64,000 nucleotides of DNA from Yuukianura sp. NJ FZ-2021. Taxonomy: Eukaryota. A program made the position numbers and the translations under genes. Position 1 is the stretch's first letter. Every line of letters starts with the position of its first letter. The stretch spans positions 10,168,001 through 10,232,000 of the forward strand of contig CM102287.1 in NCBI GenBank assembly GCA_046563655.1. The letters are read 5' to 3'. The notes under the pieces were generated by a model that saw only the letters and a list, made by a program, of their open reading frames with translations, did not search any database and was not told the DNA's origin. Positions 60,024-64,000 of this stretch are shown in pieces.

Positions 60024-61530
60024 TTAATTGAAAACAACTTAAGCAGAAGATTTCTTTCAAAATTGAAAAGAAAGTAAACAAAAAACAGCAGTTGAAATTC
60101 CTCACCAAAAGTCCAACACGTGTGTAAATTCCAACCTCACCAGCAGATACCAACACAGGAGATTCCAGAACCACCCATGGAATACGTTACACTGTTTTAA
60201 TTCCAGAACATTCCAGAACAATATAAAGAATACAATAAATATAATCTTTAGTTTATTTGTATTACATAAAATAATTAAAGCAATAAATAAAATAATTTAT
60301 AAAAAAGAGAGTAACGGTTGAGCAATAATTGAAATGTGAAGTAATTTCGGTTGAGTGCCCATGTTTGACCTCAGAAACTAAAAAAATAAGGCCCTTGCCT
60401 CCTTTTTTCTTCCCCTCGGGGCAATCCCCATTTCTTTCTTAAGACAATTCCCTACCCCTTGTACTCCTTTACCCTCTATTTAAACCCGATGACCCTACCC
60501 CGGTGACCTTTGACCTGTCTACACAATTCCACAGCATGTACCCACAAATCTCAGCTCATTTCTACCAAAAGTTGGAAACAATTTGGAAAACAAGAAGCCA
60601 TTTTGCAGTGCGCCATTTGTACCCATAAATAAATCCTTACTTCAACCTCCAAAAAGGTGTTTGTAGCAATGAGGCCAGAGGAGGGTTTTTGAGAGGGACG
60701 AGACGAGGGTATTGTTGCTATATTTGGTTCCTTTACTCCCTTTTTGAGGCCACAAACGCAGCTTAGAAGGTTTCTCCCTCATGGCATCACAGCCTCCTAT
60801 ACTCAAAAACGTCGGACATAAGAAGAGGCCACACAACAGCACAGCACAGTTTAGCACAAGGGTGGCTACCAACTGCCATTAAACTAAAACAGTTCAATTA
60901 AACTGAGTCTTAATTGTTAATTTCCAACTGTAATTGGAGCACTTTGTTTATCATATAACTTTTATTACCCGTGGACTGGAGAGTGGTGGATCCTTAACAA
61001 TGGAGTGTCTATAACTCCTAGCGGACTTCCATATACTGCATCGCTTCAACTGCTTTAGCAGAAGAAAGTTGAGAAGAAACAATGCCCAAGTTGATGGCAG
61101 GGCGTCAGCGATTGAGGGGTAAGGGGTCGCAGATCCTAAACAATCAGTCACCCACAGTCTAGATATGAAAGACAAATGATTAATATGCTTAGTAGTGAGA
61201 TAGTACATGTGATACACTTGAGCAATATGTAGACAGCGATCGTACCACTGGCCAGAGGCTGGGGTTCTCGGATTGGTGGGCAACAATCCCACCAATCCGA
61301 CCAATTCGGGAGGAAAGTCAAGGAAGTTAAGGCGCTGGACCAAATCAAACATGCTTTCTTGACTTTCAAGAATGTTGAATGTTGTAGACAAACTGCAAAA
61401 TAGTTAGCTCCATGTTTGAACATGACTCAGCATGTGGCTCAGTTTGTGCTTGATTTCGATTTGTTGACCTCCCGAGTTGAAAAGTTGACCTTAGAAGTTC
61501 GAAGTTTCCTAGAATAGATAAGATTTCAAA

Positions 61531-64000
61531 ATGATGAATTACTACAAGAATAGAACGATTGGTACGACGTTGAGGGCGACGATTAGTGGACCATACCAGA
61601 GCCATGTCCAAGACCAATCAAGGTCAGCCTCAACTTCAATGTCAACAGAAGATGAGGAAGAAGTTCGTTCTTCGCCGGAACAAGCGCAGAGAGTGTTGGA
61701 TAGTCGCGTGATTCATGGAAAATTGGGTCGCTACTGGGCGATGAAGCTGAAGGATCCGAACAAAGATCCGTTTCTAGGGAAAGATCGCGATGCTGATGCT
61801 GGGCCAGCATTTAGAACAGTTCCGAGTCCACCCAGACCTCCACCCGGTAGCGATCCCCTGGAATACATGAATATTTAATGATTAAGTTAAAAAGAAAAAG
61901 TTTTTTTTTGTTATTTTTGGGAAACGTTTTTAAAACGTTTTGTTTTTAACTTACAGAACGGTCGCCGGATATTTGTGCCGGAGTTCGTGTTCCGCCTCTA
62001 CCGAGAACCCCACAGAAGAAAACCGTTGAACCTTATACACTGCGTCGTCCTGGGAAACAAGTTTCGACTCGTCGACGAAACGATGACGACGATCAGCTGA
62101 TCAATGACGATTTCTCAACAGGACGAGATGTACATTTCCCAGGACCGTCAAAACGTTTGGCCCACGGAAGTGACGGTGGAGACTCACTTGAATTCAGTCC
62201 CAACTATGACGAAGATCCAATTGGGGACCCTGAAGATGACATTGACACGGTCAATCCCTTTGCCCAAGACATGTTCTTCCCCCATGACACTTCCCTTGTC
62301 GAAGCCTTTGGATCCCTTATTCCAGACCCCTTCATATCATCTTCTGAGCCTTTGCTGGACTACGCCGATGAGTCAATCAATGATGGTCTCAACACCCCTC
62401 CATGTCGCTCACCTTCCCCCGTGACTTCTCCCCTCGTGTTACCGGATACACCAGACATGATGTCACCCGACAGTCCAGCTATCATGTACGCCCCTCCAGA
62501 ACCCGAAGTGTCGCCCAATACGCGGAGATCCTTAAGGTCCGCTTCTAGGAAATCCAAGTCCCCCTCCCCCTTGACCACTCCGACTAAAGCCCTCCAACCT
62601 CTGACCTCAGTTCGTCAAGGACGAGTCAACAAAGTGACTCCTAGAAAACGGTCACCCAAAGTAGAACGTCCAGTGGAAGACGAAGATATTGTTAGAATGA
62701 AAGCAAATCTTGAATCCATAAATCTTGAATCGACACAGTCTCGACTGCAGCGTAAAAGGGCTCGAATGGATTCTGGAGACAAAGAAGAAGTTCCGCCGAA
62801 GTCAACAATAGTTCCGTATGTTCCTCAGAAACCGATTCAGGAGGTCAAAGGTCGACCTCAGAGAGTTCCAGCTATCAAAGGTGGTAGCTCACCATCCAGT
62901 TCTGAAAAGTCATTCAAGGAAATCATGAGCAACTATGTAAGTTTTTACATTCATACCTTCAGTTCTATTAAATTGTGAACTTTAGATTGATCGAAACTTT
63001 ATCAATTCAGTTAATCGAAACTTACTTAATTCACTTACAGATACACAACTTCGAAGCCTTTCAACGGCCTGGCAAAATTAAGCGACTAAAACTTACTAAC
63101 TTCATGTGTCACGTTTGTTTCGATCAAGATTGGAACCAAATGGTAAGCTCCCTAAACGTTCAATTAACGTTCGATTAATTAGTTGTATCGCGATTAATTG
63201 GTAATGTCTTTAGGTAAATTACATTATAGCTGACAACGGTGCCGGGAAAAGTGCAATTTTGGTAGCGATTCAGCTGGTATTCGGCGCCAAGGCGAGTACG
63301 ACCATGAGAAGTGCGAGTGTGAAGGAGTTGATTCAGTACAACAAGTACCAGGCTACAATTGAAGTGACATTGGCCAACGATGGAACTCTGGACATGGACA
63401 AGTATGGTCCAGAGATAGTCATTAGTCGAACCATTAGAGACAATGGGACATCGTGGTACTCCATTCGGAAGGGAGAGAGTAAGGCCAAACGGAGTTTACG
63501 GAGGAAGGAGCTGGAGTTGATACTGGCCACTCTGCAAATCATGGTGGACAATCCAGCCATGATTTTGAACCAAGAAGCTTCCAGTAACTTCCTTCGAGAG
63601 AACAATCCCAGAGCTCTGTACATGTACTTCTACCGTGGACTCAATCTTGAACACTGCGAACTTCTGCTCAATCGTAGTTGGGACGACATGGAGTCTGCTA
63701 GATTGGCACTCAATAACAAACGGAGGGTAAGTCATTAACTACAGCTGATGAATCAGCTGTTCTACTCAGACTTAGTTTAGTTAACTAAATGTTAATTAGT
63801 CATGATCAGCTGATTGACATTTGACTTTGGTTGTTGACATTTCAGATGCTGGAGGAGCTCCAGAGTAAGGCAAGAGAGCGGAAATCGTACTACGACGCAG
63901 TCGTGACAATGGAAAATGGGAAAGACAAAGTCCGCAAGCTGACAGCCGAGCATCACTGGGCAATTGTAGCGCAAGGTGAAGAAGAACTGGCTTCTTTGCA
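61531..64000 (+). CDS. SMC6: SMC6-like protein with ~430-aa low-complexity N-terminal extension; continues beyond the window
   Basis: GKIKRLKLTNFMCH, VNYIIADNGAGKSAILVAIQLVFGAKASTTMR, YGPEIVISRTI, IMVDNPAMILNQEASSNFL; upstream exons 61531-61846 and 61957-62936 splice in frame. Confidence 0.8.

Noticed and set aside
60642..61423. Minus-strand ORFs (146, 91, 76 aa) with an F-box-like LNFLDFPPELVGLV
   Set aside because: No consistent start or splice model could be built and the motif is too short; may be a real gene or lncRNA but not supportable here

Overview
Gene-dense eukaryotic DNA with short AT-rich GT-AG introns, from a compact arthropod genome (probably a hexapod such as a springtail; this is inference from gene content and intron style). 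The left flank holds the C-terminus of a membrane protein, DNA polymerase eta, SF3A1, a 4-TM protein, an extended-SDR epimerase and the nuclear receptor dissatisfaction. The right flank holds TTLL9, an orphan gene, prolyl 4-hydroxylase alpha, DUS2 and an SMC6-like gene with a long N-terminal extension. Between them (~20.0-48.6 kb) is a block of duplicated secreted/surface proteins: two cationic 6-Cys pro-peptides, a carboxylesterase, three probably GPI-anchored CAP/SCP proteins and five NIDO/Cys-helix/mucin/vWA genes, interspersed with non-autonomous DNA transposons. Strongest signals: (1) an intron in one vWA paralog apparently created by a transposon and its 6-bp TSD; (2) at least 15 exact copies of the DR1 element AGGTCAAAGGTCA, some inside coding exons, with none seen between 23.2 and 50.7 kb; (3) a modular NIDO-RxxR-Cys-helix-mucin-vWA family with domain loss and MIDAS loss; (4) a Transib-like element with one end resembling a 12-RSS. 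All gene models and alignments were read by eye; no searches were run.
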